Part shown: positions 49,048 through 59,676 of the stretch, one piece after another
Layout: the number at the start of each line of letters is the position of its first letter
Position numbering within the stretch: the stretch's first letter is position 1
From: an uncultured Candidatus Saccharibacteria bacterium
GTDB taxonomy: Bacteria; Patescibacteriota; WWE3; UBA101185; UBA10185
Assembly: GCA_964615625.1 (NCBI GenBank)
Contig: CAZTQT010000002.1
Location: forward strand, 5,555-69,554
DNA length: 64,000 nucleotides
Direction of reading: 5' to 3'
Translations under genes and position numbers: made by a program
The notes under the pieces: model-generated
Told to the model about the DNA's origin: nothing
Databases searched by the model: none
Seen by the model: only the letters and a program-made list of their open reading frames with translations

Positions 49048-50433
49048 CTATAGTTTTTTCTTAACTTTAAAGCTGCCTGTCTGGCTATCCTCTACCACAT
49101 ACCCAAGATCATTAATTTGTTTTCTAACCATATCAGCTTTATCCCAAATGCCGTTCTTTCTGTATTCATTTCTCATCTTTGCCAAATTTAAAATATTCTC
49201 AGGAATCTCTACCCCTATATGTTCTTGTAACCTTAGTCCCAACACTTCATCCATTTTTAATATAGTATTTAATTTTGAAGATTCTGGGGTGGTACTTTTT
49301 ATAAGCTCCCAAAACACTGCTAAAGCCTCGGGCATGTTCAAATCTTCATTCAATTTTTCCATAAATTTCTTGATATATTTATCTGACACTTCTGCCCTTT
49401 CATCGTACTCATAACCAGACACTATATCGTAAATTCTATTAAGTGTGTTTTGAGCATTCTGCATAGCTTCCCATGTAAAATTTAAAGATCCTCTGTAATG
49501 TGATGTCATGAACAAGTATCTTAAATCCAAAGGAGAGAAACCTTTGTTTTTTATATCTGAAAGAGTATAAAAATTGTTCAAACTCTTGCTCATCTTCCCA
49601 CCATCAACAGTTAAAAACGCACCGTGAACCCAATAATTAACAAATGGTTTACCTGTAGCACACTCACTCTGGGCAATTTCATTTTGATGGTGAATCATTT
49701 TTAGATCTTCCCCACCAACATGTATATCTATGGTCTCCCCAAGCTCGGTCAATATCATAGAAGAACATTCTAAATGCCACCCAGGAAATCCAACTCCCCA
49801 AGGTGATTGCCACTCTTGTTGTCTTTTTTTACCCTCAGGAGAAAATTTCCAAAGTGCAAAATCTGTTGGATTTTTCTTTTCAGGATTGGGATCCACACGC
49901 GCACCTTCTTTTACATTTTCTACAGTAAGTCCTGATAGATTACCGTACTTTTCAAATTTTGACGTATCAAAATAAACCCCATCGGTTGTTTCATATGTAA
50001 ATCCTTTGTCCTCTAGTGTAGCTATTAAATCTATTTGACTATCAATGTATTCGGAGGCTTTTGTAAATTTTCTTGGCTCAGTAAGATTCAAATCCTTGTA
50101 TTCTTCTAAAAACATCTTTGAATACATATCAACAATATCTCTTGCAGATTTACCCTCTTCAACTGATTGTTTTTCAATCTTATCTTCCCCACCCTCAGGG
50201 TCATTACTAGTCTCAAACAAATGACCTACGTCAGTCATATTCATTATAAAATCTACTTTATAACCACCCATCTTTAGAAACCTGACCAGAAAATCAGCTA
50301 ATGAGAATGTTCTCCAATTGCCAATTTGTTGATCTTTGTAAACTGTCGGTCCGCAACAATACATCTTCACATTACCTGGTTCTATAGGCATTATTTCTTC
50401 TATATTCTTTGTCAGAGAGTTATATATCTTCAT
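49048..50433 (-). CDS. cysS: Cysteinyl-tRNA synthetase, with a divergent HIGH motif
   Basis: CGPTVY, GWHLEC zinc motif and KMSKS. QIGN sits where HIGH is expected. Confidence 0.85.
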   Translation of the reverse strand: MKIYNSLTKNIEEIMPIEPGNVKMYCCGPTVYKDQQIGNWRTFSLADFLVRFLKMGGYKVDFIMNMTDVGHLFETSNDPEGGEDKIEKQSVEEGKSARDIVDMYSKMFLEEYKDLNLTEPRKFTKASEYIDSQIDLIATLEDKGFTYETTDGVYFDTSKFEKYGNLSGLTVENVKEGARVDPNPEKKNPTDFALWKFSPEGKKRQQEWQSPWGVGFPGWHLECSSMILTELGETIDIHVGGEDLKMIHHQNEIAQSECATGKPFVNYWVHGAFLTVDGGKMSKSLNNFYTLSDIKNKGFSPLDLRYLFMTSHYRGSLNFTWEAMQNAQNTLNRIYDIVSGYEYDERAEVSDKYIKKFMEKLNEDLNMPEALAVFWELIKSTTPESSKLNTILKMDEVLGLRLQEHIGVEIPENILNLAKMRNEYRKNGIWDKADMVRKQINDLGYVVEDSQTGSFKVKKKL

Positions 50434-50454
50434 ATAGACTAGAATTTTACCATA

Positions 50455-51102
50455 TTAAACACTAGAACGCCCCTCAAGGGCTCTACTTAAAGTTATGTCA
50501 TCAGCGTACTCAATATCACCGCCAACAGGAAGGCCTCTTGCTATTCTTGTTATTTTAATTTTGTTTTCATCTACGAACTTCTCTCTTATAAGCTTTGATA
50601 TATACATAGCTGTAGACTCCCCCTCCATACTTGTATTTGTAGCTAATATAATTTCTATAATCAGATCATTATCAATAATATTTTCTAAAGATGATTCATT
50701 TAAAAGATTGTCTATTCTATCTAAAAGTTCTTTAACAAATAGTTCGTCGGGACCAATATTGTTAAGAGGATCAATTATCCCATGAAGTACATGGTAAACA
50801 CCTTTAAAATTAGTTTTTTCTAAAGCAAAAGCATCTAAAGGACTTGCTACCACTGCTATAACATTCTTCTCTCTTAAAGGATCGCTGCACACCGAACATA
50901 TGTCATATTCTGTTACATTCTTACATATAGAACAAAACTTGGTTTCTTTTTTTAAATTGGTTAGGGAATTAGAAAACTTTTCAAGCTCTTCTTGAGGAAA
51001 GTTTAATAATGAAAAAGTAAGTCTTTGAGCTGTCTTAGGGCCTATTCCTGGTAAGCGTTCAAAATAATCTATTAAATTTGATATTGGCTTTGGTAATTTC
51101 AC
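50455..51102 (-). CDS. recR: Recombination protein RecR
   Basis: HhH region LPGIGPKTAQR, C4 zinc finger and Toprim domain. Confidence 0.9.
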   Translation of the reverse strand: MKLPKPISNLIDYFERLPGIGPKTAQRLTFSLLNFPQEELEKFSNSLTNLKKETKFCSICKNVTEYDICSVCSDPLREKNVIAVVASPLDAFALEKTNFKGVYHVLHGIIDPLNNIGPDELFVKELLDRIDNLLNESSLENIIDNDLIIEIILATNTSMEGESTAMYISKLIREKFVDENKIKITRIARGLPVGGDIEYADDITLSRALEGRSSV

Positions 51103-51123
51103 AAAAACACCTCAATACAATAA

Positions 51124-52761
51124 TCAACCTACCAAAGGTAGCCCACCATCAAAAACCTCAAGAATTGATTTTCCATCTGGTTTTGAAGGTAAAACAACAT
51201 TTAAATCTGTTAAATTTGCACTACTGTCATCTTTTAAACCTACAGGTCTGTTATTTTTATTAACAATACATTTCAACCCCAACTTCATACCAAATATCTT
51301 TTCACATAAATCTTCTATTAATTTTTTTGTCCTGGCGCTTTCTAATCTTTCTTTATGAAATGGGTAAAAAACTTCAACTATTATGTCACTACCTTTAACC
51401 GCTACAGGAGCACACAATGTCAAAATTGTAGTCAGAGAGTGGTTTAAATCTTTACTATCTTTTACAAATTTTTCCCAATCTTTTTTTACATCTTCAAAAG
51501 GTATAACAGGTTCCGCATCAAAGTCATCAACTACTTCTTCCAAATCTTTTACATCTTCCTTAACTTTCTTTTTACTTACTTTTGTATCATCATCAACTAT
51601 TTCCTCTTTTTTACTTTTTTTTACATTGCTATCCACAACTTTTCTAGATTTTTCAATGTCAGGACCTTTAGGAAAAGGCGAGTCACTGCTACTTTCATTA
51701 CCACCTGAGCCAGAACATATCTCGATTACGGCTAACTCCACCGGAAGCTGGGAAATAAACGAGCCTCTAATATTTTTATGTGCTTCCATAAATATTGATA
51801 TGGTTTTTACTAGCCACTTTATCTCAACCTTCTTAGATTGCTCCTTTATTTCATCTAATAATTCTTCTGTGGTGTCTATTCCAGAATCCTTTACACCTGA
51901 TTTAATAAACAGCATTGATCTTAGATATTTTAAAAGCTCCCCAACCCAAACATATAAATCTATCCCCTCCTCATAAACTTCAGAGATTGTTTCTAAAGCA
52001 TTGGCCGCATTTGACATTAGAAGATGACTTACACACTCTACGTATTTCTTTTTTGAACTTAAATTAAGAAGTGCGTTTACATTTATATCCCCATCATGAA
52101 CTTGCTCCAAAAGGACACACGCACCTCTATAATCACCCATAGAAGCTTCAGCTATTTTAGATAAATCTTCATCAGTTATATCAATGCTTTCCTCTTTTGA
52201 TATGTCCTTTAAAACGGAAACAATTTGCTTGATAGTAGGTCTCTTTAATTTAAATATTTGGCACCTAGATTTTATAGTTGCAGGAACTTTATGCTCTTCT
52301 GTTGTACATAAAATGAAAGTAGTTTTCTTTGGCGGCTCCTCTAATGTCTTTAAAAGTGCGTTAAAAGCCTCTGTTGTGAGCATATGTACCTCATCTATTA
52401 TGTAAACTTTATTTGAACCCATTGTAGGAGCTAGTCGTATCTTATCTTTTAAATCTCTAATATCATCTATACCTCTATTACTAGCAGCATCTATTTCTAT
52501 TAGATCAATAAAGGAACCATTTCTTATGGAAACACAGTTAGAACATTCGTCACACGGATCTCCGTTCTTCTTTAAATTGGTGCAATTTAGAGATTTTGCT
52601 AAAACTCTTGCTAAAGTTGTTTTCCCCGTTCCCCTAGGACCAACCATTAAATAGGCATGGGCTGTTTTCCCTGATTTTACTTGGTTTGCAATAATATCAG
52701 CAATATCATTGGTACGGCTTATATCACTAAACTTTTGTGGGCGATATTTTGTATAGTACAT
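51124..52761 (-). CDS. dnaX: DNA polymerase III subunit gamma/tau
   Basis: Walker A GPRGTGKTT, zinc module CTNLKKNGDPCDECSNC, and SRC. Confidence 0.9.
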   Translation of the reverse strand: MYYTKYRPQKFSDISRTNDIADIIANQVKSGKTAHAYLMVGPRGTGKTTLARVLAKSLNCTNLKKNGDPCDECSNCVSIRNGSFIDLIEIDAASNRGIDDIRDLKDKIRLAPTMGSNKVYIIDEVHMLTTEAFNALLKTLEEPPKKTTFILCTTEEHKVPATIKSRCQIFKLKRPTIKQIVSVLKDISKEESIDITDEDLSKIAEASMGDYRGACVLLEQVHDGDINVNALLNLSSKKKYVECVSHLLMSNAANALETISEVYEEGIDLYVWVGELLKYLRSMLFIKSGVKDSGIDTTEELLDEIKEQSKKVEIKWLVKTISIFMEAHKNIRGSFISQLPVELAVIEICSGSGGNESSSDSPFPKGPDIEKSRKVVDSNVKKSKKEEIVDDDTKVSKKKVKEDVKDLEEVVDDFDAEPVIPFEDVKKDWEKFVKDSKDLNHSLTTILTLCAPVAVKGSDIIVEVFYPFHKERLESARTKKLIEDLCEKIFGMKLGLKCIVNKNNRPVGLKDDSSANLTDLNVVLPSKPDGKSILEVFDGGLPLVG

Positions 52762-52907
52762 AGGAAACTGCCTCTAATATATTAGTATAATTGTTGGCTA
52801 CCTCTAAACCACTAACTTTTATTAGAGAGTTTATAAAATGATGTACTAGATCATTAAACAATCTCAATTTCTACAAATTTTTGTTTGAAAATTTTTAGCT
52901 AAGATTT

Positions 52908-53411
52908 TTATAACAGACTCTCTACTGTACGAGAAAATTTCTGTATTTCAAAAATATTGTCACTAGAAAAATCTTGTAAAACCCACTCATCAACAGGAAT
53001 ATTCTTATTTTCAGGCTTCCCAACCCCAATTCTGATACGAACAAAATCTTTCGTCCCCAACTTTTCAATTATATCCTCTACCCCATGATGACCTGCTGCA
53101 TTTTTACCTACTTGGTTTTTAATGCTACCAAAAGGTATATCCACATCATCATGTATGACAATGATATCTTTGGGATCTATTTTATAAAAATTTGCCAACT
53201 TTGAAACAGCTCTTCCAGAGTTATTCATGAAGGTAAGGGGTTTAACTAATAAATATTCTTCATACTCAGAAATCTCTGATTCAAATTTTTCACTTTTCTT
53301 CCACTCTAAATTTTTATCTTCAGCAAATCTGTCCAAAATTATAAAACCAGTATTATGCCTACACTTAGCATACTTATCACCTGGATTTCCAAGTCCAACT
53401 AACATTCTCAT
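52908..53411 (-). CDS. pth: Peptidyl-tRNA hydrolase
   Basis: LVGLGNPG…HNTGF signature. Confidence 0.9.
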   Translation of the reverse strand: MRMLVGLGNPGDKYAKCRHNTGFIILDRFAEDKNLEWKKSEKFESEISEYEEYLLVKPLTFMNNSGRAVSKLANFYKIDPKDIIVIHDDVDIPFGSIKNQVGKNAAGHHGVEDIIEKLGTKDFVRIRIGVGKPENKNIPVDEWVLQDFSSDNIFEIQKFSRTVESLL

Positions 53412-53791
53412 TTTGTCTTTTTTTTACTAACCTTTCCATCTAAACCCAAGGATTTTTTTGCACTCACTTTTATAGCTCCATCATCTCCTGGGTGATGTAC
53501 CCCAAGTAAGTGTAAAACCCCATGTCCGACGAGTTCTGATATTTCTTCTTCTAGATCATTTCCATAATCTTTTGCCTGTCTTTTAGCTTGATCTTTATTT
53601 ACTACAATATCTCCTAAATACAAAGAACCATCGTCTTGATTTTCTTTTATATCAAAGGATAAGACATCAGTAGTATAATCTCTGTTTAGATACTCTTTAT
53701 TAAGCTTTTTCATATCCCTATCGTTAGTTATAAAAACGGAGATAAAAGCTTTTTTTCCAAGAATTTTTTTTAAATCCATGTTACTTACCAC
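53408..53791 (-). CDS. ybeY: rRNA maturation endoribonuclease YbeY
   Basis: HGVLHLLGVHH zinc motif. Confidence 0.85.
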   Translation of the reverse strand: MVSNMDLKKILGKKAFISVFITNDRDMKKLNKEYLNRDYTTDVLSFDIKENQDDGSLYLGDIVVNKDQAKRQAKDYGNDLEEEISELVGHGVLHLLGVHHPGDDGAIKVSAKKSLGLDGKVSKKKTK

Positions 53792-54116
53792 CTCTAAAGG
53801 TAGGGTTGTTATTATTTTCTAATTCAAACGGGAAAAGCTCTGCAAATTCCATATAAACCCCAAGTTCTGCTTTCTCTCTTTCTAACAACTCAGTTCTCCC
53901 TAGTTTTTCATAAAGTTCTATGCTTTCTTTTCTATTCTTTATCTCTTTTCTCAAAACCTTAAATGCATCCTCATCCGTTATTTCTTTATTTTGAGATTTA
54001 AACTCTATTTCTTTGTTTTTTACCTGATTTAGATAAAACCTCAACACATCCACCCTTAAGGCATCCTTATTCTTCATGTATTCAAACAGCTTGGATCTTA
54101 AATCATCTACTATCAA
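53781..54116 (-). CDS. yqeY: GatB/YqeY-domain protein
   Basis: YqeY-like helical pattern, with rpsU–yqeY synteny as in Firmicutes. Confidence 0.55.
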   Translation of the reverse strand: MIVDDLRSKLFEYMKNKDALRVDVLRFYLNQVKNKEIEFKSQNKEITDEDAFKVLRKEIKNRKESIELYEKLGRTELLEREKAELGVYMEFAELFPFELENNNNPTFRGGK

Positions 54117-54304
54117 TATTTGTTCCTTTCAAAATACATTTTTCTTTTCAACTCTTTATTCTTTTTCCTTTTTACCTCACTTGGCTTAACATAGTGTTCC
54201 CTATCCTTAACTTCCTGAATTATTCCGGATTTAAGAACTTCTTTGTTAAATCTTCTTAAAGCTTGATCCAAACTTTCTCCATGTCTAACTTTAATTTTTG
54301 TCAT
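54113..54304 (-). CDS. rpsU: 30S ribosomal protein S21
   Basis: [19 protein letters not shown] signature. Confidence 0.9.
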   Translation of the reverse strand: MTKIKVRHGESLDQALRRFNKEVLKSGIIQEVKDREHYVKPSEVKRKKNKELKRKMYFERNKY

Positions 54305-54683
54305 ATCTTTTCAGCAAATACAAATCTATTTTTATCACTATAGTTGTGTATCTGACACAGTCAAAAAAATTGACTGTCTAAAAAGCACCTCCAAACTAAC
54401 ACTTTTAATTATCTACACAGCATATAATTTAAACATTAAACACTAAATGTTGGTTCATATTTTGTCATTATTTTATTATCAGAATAAACTGTTAACTGAT
54501 TAAAAACATAACAAGATATAAAACTAAATCAAAAAAAAATAAATGTTTAATGATTTTCAATATGCAGTTACGTTTCTAGTATATACACATTACAAACGTT
54601 AATGCAAAACTTATACCACAAAGGGAACCCTTGAACAATGGAAAAATACAAGGTAATTATTTTATCTAAACTACAACAATATA

Positions 54684-55832
54684 TTACCAAACTTTAATAT
54701 CTTTAAAGGTTATTAGTGCTACTAAAACCAACAGAGTTATCATTCCTATATTATGCACTCTTGCTTCAAATTTTTGATCAACCTTCTTTTTGGTGATACC
54801 TTCGTAAATTCTAAACATTGTTCTACCACCATCTAAAGCTGGTATAGGTAAGAGATTTGTGAAAGCAAACCCCAAAGATATCAAGGCCACAGTATCTATA
54901 AGAATTAAAATTTTTCTACCATCTATGTCTTCTATTATGGAACCCAGTATATTAAAAAGTCCTACGGGACCAGTCATGCTACTAGCAACAGGCTCTATAT
55001 CTTTTGTTTCTACAGATATTCCTATTACTTTGCCGATGGTTGACAGTGAGTACGAAAGCATATTGTATACATGCATAGGACCAGCAAATATCTTCTGGAC
55101 AAATGTATCGTAAGAAATAGATTTAGCTTCTCCTAAATAAACTCCGATTATGGCACTGCTATCATCACTTCCTTTGATTTTATTTTTTTCTGGGATTAAG
55201 GTGTAAACTTTACTCTCTTTGGAGGATATGGCATTTACATCTGCAGTAACTACTTCAACACTTTCCCCTACCTTACCTGATAAAGCCTCTCTTAAACCAT
55301 AGACATCTTTCACACTCACACCATCAACAGTTAAAACTACCTCCCCATTTTTTATACCAGCTTTGTAGGCTGGAGAATCTTTTTCAATGTCAAATATCAT
55401 TGTCTCGTAGACTCTTTCGTTACCTAATTTGAATTTATAATCAAAAAACATTGGAATATAAAAACTTTTAAAACCAGTAAAAAAGAACAGAATATAGTAA
55501 AGGACAAAACCTAGAATTAAGTTCATAAAAACACCTGCTAGTAACACTTGTGATTTCTGCCATGGTGTTTTATTGGCAAAGCTACCAACATCATCTTCTT
55601 TTACATCTTCATCGTCTTCACCAGCTATTTTTACAAAACCACCAAATGGTACAAGATTTATTGAATATAAAGTTTCACCAAATTTTTTTCCAAATAATCT
55701 TGGAGGATACCCAACTCCAAACTCTTCTACCCTAATACCGTTTTTTCTAGCTGCCCAGTAATGACCCAACTCATGTACAACAACAAGAAAAGATATTATT
55801 AACAAAACAATTATTATAGTGATAAAGTTCAT
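54684..55832 (-). CDS. rseP: RIP zinc metalloprotease RseP (site-2 protease)
   Basis: HELGHY motif, PDZ domain and a C-terminal LDGG motif. Confidence 0.85.
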   Translation of the reverse strand: MNFITIIIVLLIISFLVVVHELGHYWAARKNGIRVEEFGVGYPPRLFGKKFGETLYSINLVPFGGFVKIAGEDDEDVKEDDVGSFANKTPWQKSQVLLAGVFMNLILGFVLYYILFFFTGFKSFYIPMFFDYKFKLGNERVYETMIFDIEKDSPAYKAGIKNGEVVLTVDGVSVKDVYGLREALSGKVGESVEVVTADVNAISSKESKVYTLIPEKNKIKGSDDSSAIIGVYLGEAKSISYDTFVQKIFAGPMHVYNMLSYSLSTIGKVIGISVETKDIEPVASSMTGPVGLFNILGSIIEDIDGRKILILIDTVALISLGFAFTNLLPIPALDGGRTMFRIYEGITKKKVDQKFEARVHNIGMITLLVLVALITFKDIKVW

Positions 55833-55838
55833 AAAAAT

Positions 55839-56390
55839 TTAGACGGTCATTAATTCTTTCTTTTTACTATCGCCTAACGTATCAGCCTCTTCTATAAATT
55901 CTTTTACAATACCTTCAACTTCTTCTTTCTGTTTAAATTTTTCATCCTCAGTTATTACTTTGTCAGAAAAATCTTTGTCTATTTCTTTCATTGCGTCTTG
56001 TCTAATACTTCTTATAGAGTTTTTACAATTCTCAACTTTTTCAGAAACATTCTTTGTGAATTCTACTCTTCTCTCCTCTGTTAAAGCAGGAACATTTACT
56101 CTAATTCTATCTGCTTCTTTTATAACCCCTAAACTAAGACCACAATTTCTTATGCCGTTAATAACAGCATCAATAACCCCCGCATCCCAAACAACAATAG
56201 CTAAGTTATTTGTATCCATGACAGTTATAGATCCAAGCTCTTTAACAGTCATAAAAGTTCCTGGGTAAGCTTCAACGGAAATATCTGACACTAAAGCTGG
56301 GGAGATACGACCTGCCCTAATTTGAGACAAATCTGACACTAAAAATTCTATTGACTTGGATAATTTGCTTTTCAGTTCTGAATTATTCAT
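55839..56390 (-). CDS. frr: Ribosome recycling factor
   Basis: Typical RRF length (183 aa) and sequence pattern. Confidence 0.9.
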   Translation of the reverse strand: MNNSELKSKLSKSIEFLVSDLSQIRAGRISPALVSDISVEAYPGTFMTVKELGSITVMDTNNLAIVVWDAGVIDAVINGIRNCGLSLGVIKEADRIRVNVPALTEERRVEFTKNVSEKVENCKNSIRSIRQDAMKEIDKDFSDKVITEDEKFKQKEEVEGIVKEFIEEADTLGDSKKKELMTV

Positions 56391-56414
56391 AAGGGAATAA
56401 TATCAAAACAGTTC

Positions 56415-56873
56415 TTATTCTCCAACGACAAACTTGGTGAATTTTACTATTTCAATCTTCTCACCAACTTTAGCAGTGGTTTCATTTACCAAATCCAATA
56501 TTTTTTTAGAAGGATCTCTTATATATTCAGATTGCAAAATTTCCTCAATATCAGAATAATCTTCAACACACACTTGCATTGCTACTTCTTTACATAAGTT
56601 TTTGAAATCATCTGTTTTAGCTACAAAATCTGTCTCACATCCTAACATTACAAGACTTCCAACCTTACCGTTCCCATGAATATATGAGTAAACTAAACCA
56701 TCTTGAGCAACTCTGTCTGATTTTTTTGCAGCCTTTGCAGCAGATTTCTTTAAAAGCTCCTCTTTTGCTTTTTCGTAATCATCACCCACTTCTTCTAACA
56801 TTTCCTTGACTTCTAAAACCCCCGCACCTGTTTCTTCTCTTAGTTTTTTAATTATTTCAATATCTACAGCCAT
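56415..56873 (-). CDS. tsf: Elongation factor Ts, short form
   Basis: UBA-like N-terminus IKKLREETGAGVLEVKEML and only 152 aa. Confidence 0.85.
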   Translation of the reverse strand: MAVDIEIIKKLREETGAGVLEVKEMLEEVGDDYEKAKEELLKKSAAKAAKKSDRVAQDGLVYSYIHGNGKVGSLVMLGCETDFVAKTDDFKNLCKEVAMQVCVEDYSDIEEILQSEYIRDPSKKILDLVNETTAKVGEKIEIVKFTKFVVGE

Positions 56874-56875
56874 TT

Positions 56876-57676
56876 TTATTCCTCCTTTTCCGAAGTATCC
56901 TCCGGCAAATTATCATTTTCCTCTTTTATTTCTTCTTTTTCTTCCTCTTCAGATTCTTCTTTTTTCTTTTTTTCCGCTTTTCCAAATTCTTTGTAACCCT
57001 CTTCAATAGCATCTGCTACTGCTCTAACAATTAAAGCAACCGACTTAACAGCATCATCATTTCCCGGAATTGGGAAATCAACAGTAGTAGGATCAGCGTT
57101 CGTATCAACAACAGACACTACTTTAACACCAGATCTTTTAGCTTCCCTTATAGCCGTGCTTTCTCTTTTAGGGTCAATAACAAATAAAACATCTGGTGAG
57201 TTCTTTAATGATGTGATACCACCATATGTCGCTTGAAGTTTTTCTATTTCTCTATCAATTAAAAGCCTTTCCTTCTTTGTGTATACAGAAAACTTCCCTT
57301 CCTCTTTTCCTTTTAGATAATCTAAAAGCTTATCTATATTTTTCTTTATAGTTTCAAAGTTTGTTATTGTACCTCCAACCCATCTATCATTAACATATAA
57401 AGCACCACTTCTTAGAGCTTCTGCTTGGATTATATCTTTGGATTGTTTTTTTGTTCCTAAAAGAACGATTATCTTCCCTTTTGAAGCCTGTTCAAACAAG
57501 AAATCGCAGGCTTTTCCAAGTAATTCTTCAGTTTTTTCTAAATCTATAATATGGACATTTTTATTGACCATATAAATATAAGGTTCCATTTTTGGATGCC
57601 ATCTTTTTGCTTGATGCCCAAAATGAACTCCAGCATCTATCATTTCCTGTATATTAGGTATTTTATATTTTGCCAT
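56876..57676 (-). CDS. rpsB: 30S ribosomal protein S2, with an acidic C-terminal tail
   Basis: HFGHQAKRWHPKM motif and an rpsB–tsf–frr cluster. Confidence 0.9.
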   Translation of the reverse strand: MAKYKIPNIQEMIDAGVHFGHQAKRWHPKMEPYIYMVNKNVHIIDLEKTEELLGKACDFLFEQASKGKIIVLLGTKKQSKDIIQAEALRSGALYVNDRWVGGTITNFETIKKNIDKLLDYLKGKEEGKFSVYTKKERLLIDREIEKLQATYGGITSLKNSPDVLFVIDPKRESTAIREAKRSGVKVVSVVDTNADPTTVDFPIPGNDDAVKSVALIVRAVADAIEEGYKEFGKAEKKKKEESEEEEKEEIKEENDNLPEDTSEKEE

Positions 57677-58056
57677 TTTATTTTTTCTACTTTGGGGAAT
57701 ACGTAAAGAGTAAAGTCTTTAAATTTCCCCTCTTTTAGTTTTGAAATTATATACTTTCCAATTTCTCACCCATGCCCTGTTTTGATACCATCTCACACAG
57801 GGAGAGAGTCTTGGGACACAGACAAGTTAACACAAGGTCGTTTCTTTTGCAATAGATTATAAATAAAATAAATGTTAGAATACTTCCAGAAAGAGGCGGT
57901 AAAGTAGAAAGGAGGAACATAAGATCTAACCGTTAATTTAGCGGTAATCTCACAAGCCATAACGATAGTGTTTTCCCACCACAATCGCTATGTTTTTAAC
58001 ACTTAGTACAATTAGAGACCTTAGCACGGAGAGAAGATGTAAATCCAAAACCGCCT

Positions 58057-59649
58057 CTATCTCTCTTCTTCCCACCACGAATCTGGGTAGTAGTCTCCCC
58101 TATCTAATGAGTCTAAACATCTACAATTAGAGTATTTTATAAGGATACTAGCATCCCCCCCCACTCCTTTCTCTATACCATTATGAGTGCAATTCCTATT
58201 TAAAAACTCTAATGTATCTTCTTCCGCATTTCCAAATACAAAAGCATTAGTGATCAATATATTACTGTACCCATCACAAAAACGGTTATATAAAAGTTCA
58301 AAAAATATATACTTACCACCAATATCCCAGTACTTTTCATTGTAAGTTTTATCTAATTGCAGAATATCAAAATCTATAGCGTCATTTTCCGTGGGTAAGA
58401 TTGAAACAACAGATTCTATTATCTTTGGATATTTATACAAAAACACCTTTGGAAATATAACCCACCCACTACGTAAAAGAATAAATTTTTCAGAACCACC
58501 TGAGTTTTCCAAAATACTCTCTATACTGCTTAATAGATCTCTGTCCACCTTCATCAGATGCATAAACTCAGTACCAGAAAATAACGTAGTAGCTATAAAA
58601 CATAGAGTAAACAAAACAGGGAAAAAAGTGTATCTAAATTTGTAGAGATAAGGTGAAATGAGTAGATGTAAAAGCATTATAGTAAACCCAGAATACCTAA
58701 CCCTTACATAGCCCTTAGTAACGTATCCTACTAAAATGTTTAGTAGAAACAATGTAAACACAGCTTTATTAATTTTATTTGAAAAAATACTGCCTTTTTT
58801 AAACCCCTCATAAATTAGCATGGCAATCAATATAATAAATATATCCTTAAACCTCTTTGCGAAATGAAATGGGAAAAAAGCATCAATAAAAAAATCTGAT
58901 AATCCTTTATATATATCAGACGACCAAGACATTCTGTACTTGTTATTAGCAACTTGATCCAATCCAAAAAAATATAGATAGCAAAGAACAAATAACAATA
59001 TTATGAATAAGTATGACAAAAGTAATTGATAATATGGTTGATTATCGCATCTATTTTTATAAGATAGAAAGATCTCGTAAAACCAAATGGTCATTAAACT
59101 AATAAAAGGTCTTAAGCCAAAAAACATTGTAATAACAGTTAAAAACAGCAAAAGATTGAGCAGCCATTTTTTCTCTGAATCCTTGTAAGCAATATAGGCA
59201 ACCAAACCCATAAAAATTATAGGGATAGTTATAGTATCTTGTTTTATATAGGAAGTGATGGTTAAAAATGCATATCCTGCTAAGAAGAGGTACATTCCTA
59301 AAGTTAATTTGTATTTTTCCCAAATACCAAATATGTTTCCAAGAAATACAGCCAACATAGTTAAAACCATAGATATAATCACCATAATATTTCTTGTAAT
59401 TGATGGGTCAAAATTCCTAAATAATCTCAGGAATAGGTAAAAACCTAAAGGATGTGGTTCTGAACTTACTGACTTTATAAATATATCCCATGGTTGCTTA
59501 CTTATACTAACAACGATAGTTTCATCAAAGTCTAAAAATGGATAAATTTTGCAATAGAGAATTTTAAGTGAAGTAACTACAATCAATATAAACGCTGGGA
59601 CAAGATATGGGGCAAATTTTTTAAAAAAGTCTTCTATTTTTCTAAACAT
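58057..59649 (-). CDS. Polytopic GT-C-type glycosyltransferase-like membrane protein (ArnT/PMT-like)
   Basis: At least 10 TM helices, a DE motif (DFDET) in the first loop, and a C-terminal soluble domain. Confidence 0.5.
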   Translation of the reverse strand: MFRKIEDFFKKFAPYLVPAFILIVVTSLKILYCKIYPFLDFDETIVVSISKQPWDIFIKSVSSEPHPLGFYLFLRLFRNFDPSITRNIMVIISMVLTMLAVFLGNIFGIWEKYKLTLGMYLFLAGYAFLTITSYIKQDTITIPIIFMGLVAYIAYKDSEKKWLLNLLLFLTVITMFFGLRPFISLMTIWFYEIFLSYKNRCDNQPYYQLLLSYLFIILLFVLCYLYFFGLDQVANNKYRMSWSSDIYKGLSDFFIDAFFPFHFAKRFKDIFIILIAMLIYEGFKKGSIFSNKINKAVFTLFLLNILVGYVTKGYVRVRYSGFTIMLLHLLISPYLYKFRYTFFPVLFTLCFIATTLFSGTEFMHLMKVDRDLLSSIESILENSGGSEKFILLRSGWVIFPKVFLYKYPKIIESVVSILPTENDAIDFDILQLDKTYNEKYWDIGGKYIFFELLYNRFCDGYSNILITNAFVFGNAEEDTLEFLNRNCTHNGIEKGVGGDASILIKYSNCRCLDSLDRGDYYPDSWWEEER

Positions 59650-59676
59650 AGTCCTATTATCTTAGGCAGTTCAAAA

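Noticed and set aside
54305-54683. An AT-rich spacer between rpsU and rseP with the inverted repeat ACAGTCAA-N7-TTGACTGT (about 54345–54375).
   Set aside because: The hairpin is not followed by a U-run on either strand and the region is otherwise low-complexity AT. It is plausibly an operator or promoter element for rpsU, but there is too little evidence to call it a feature.
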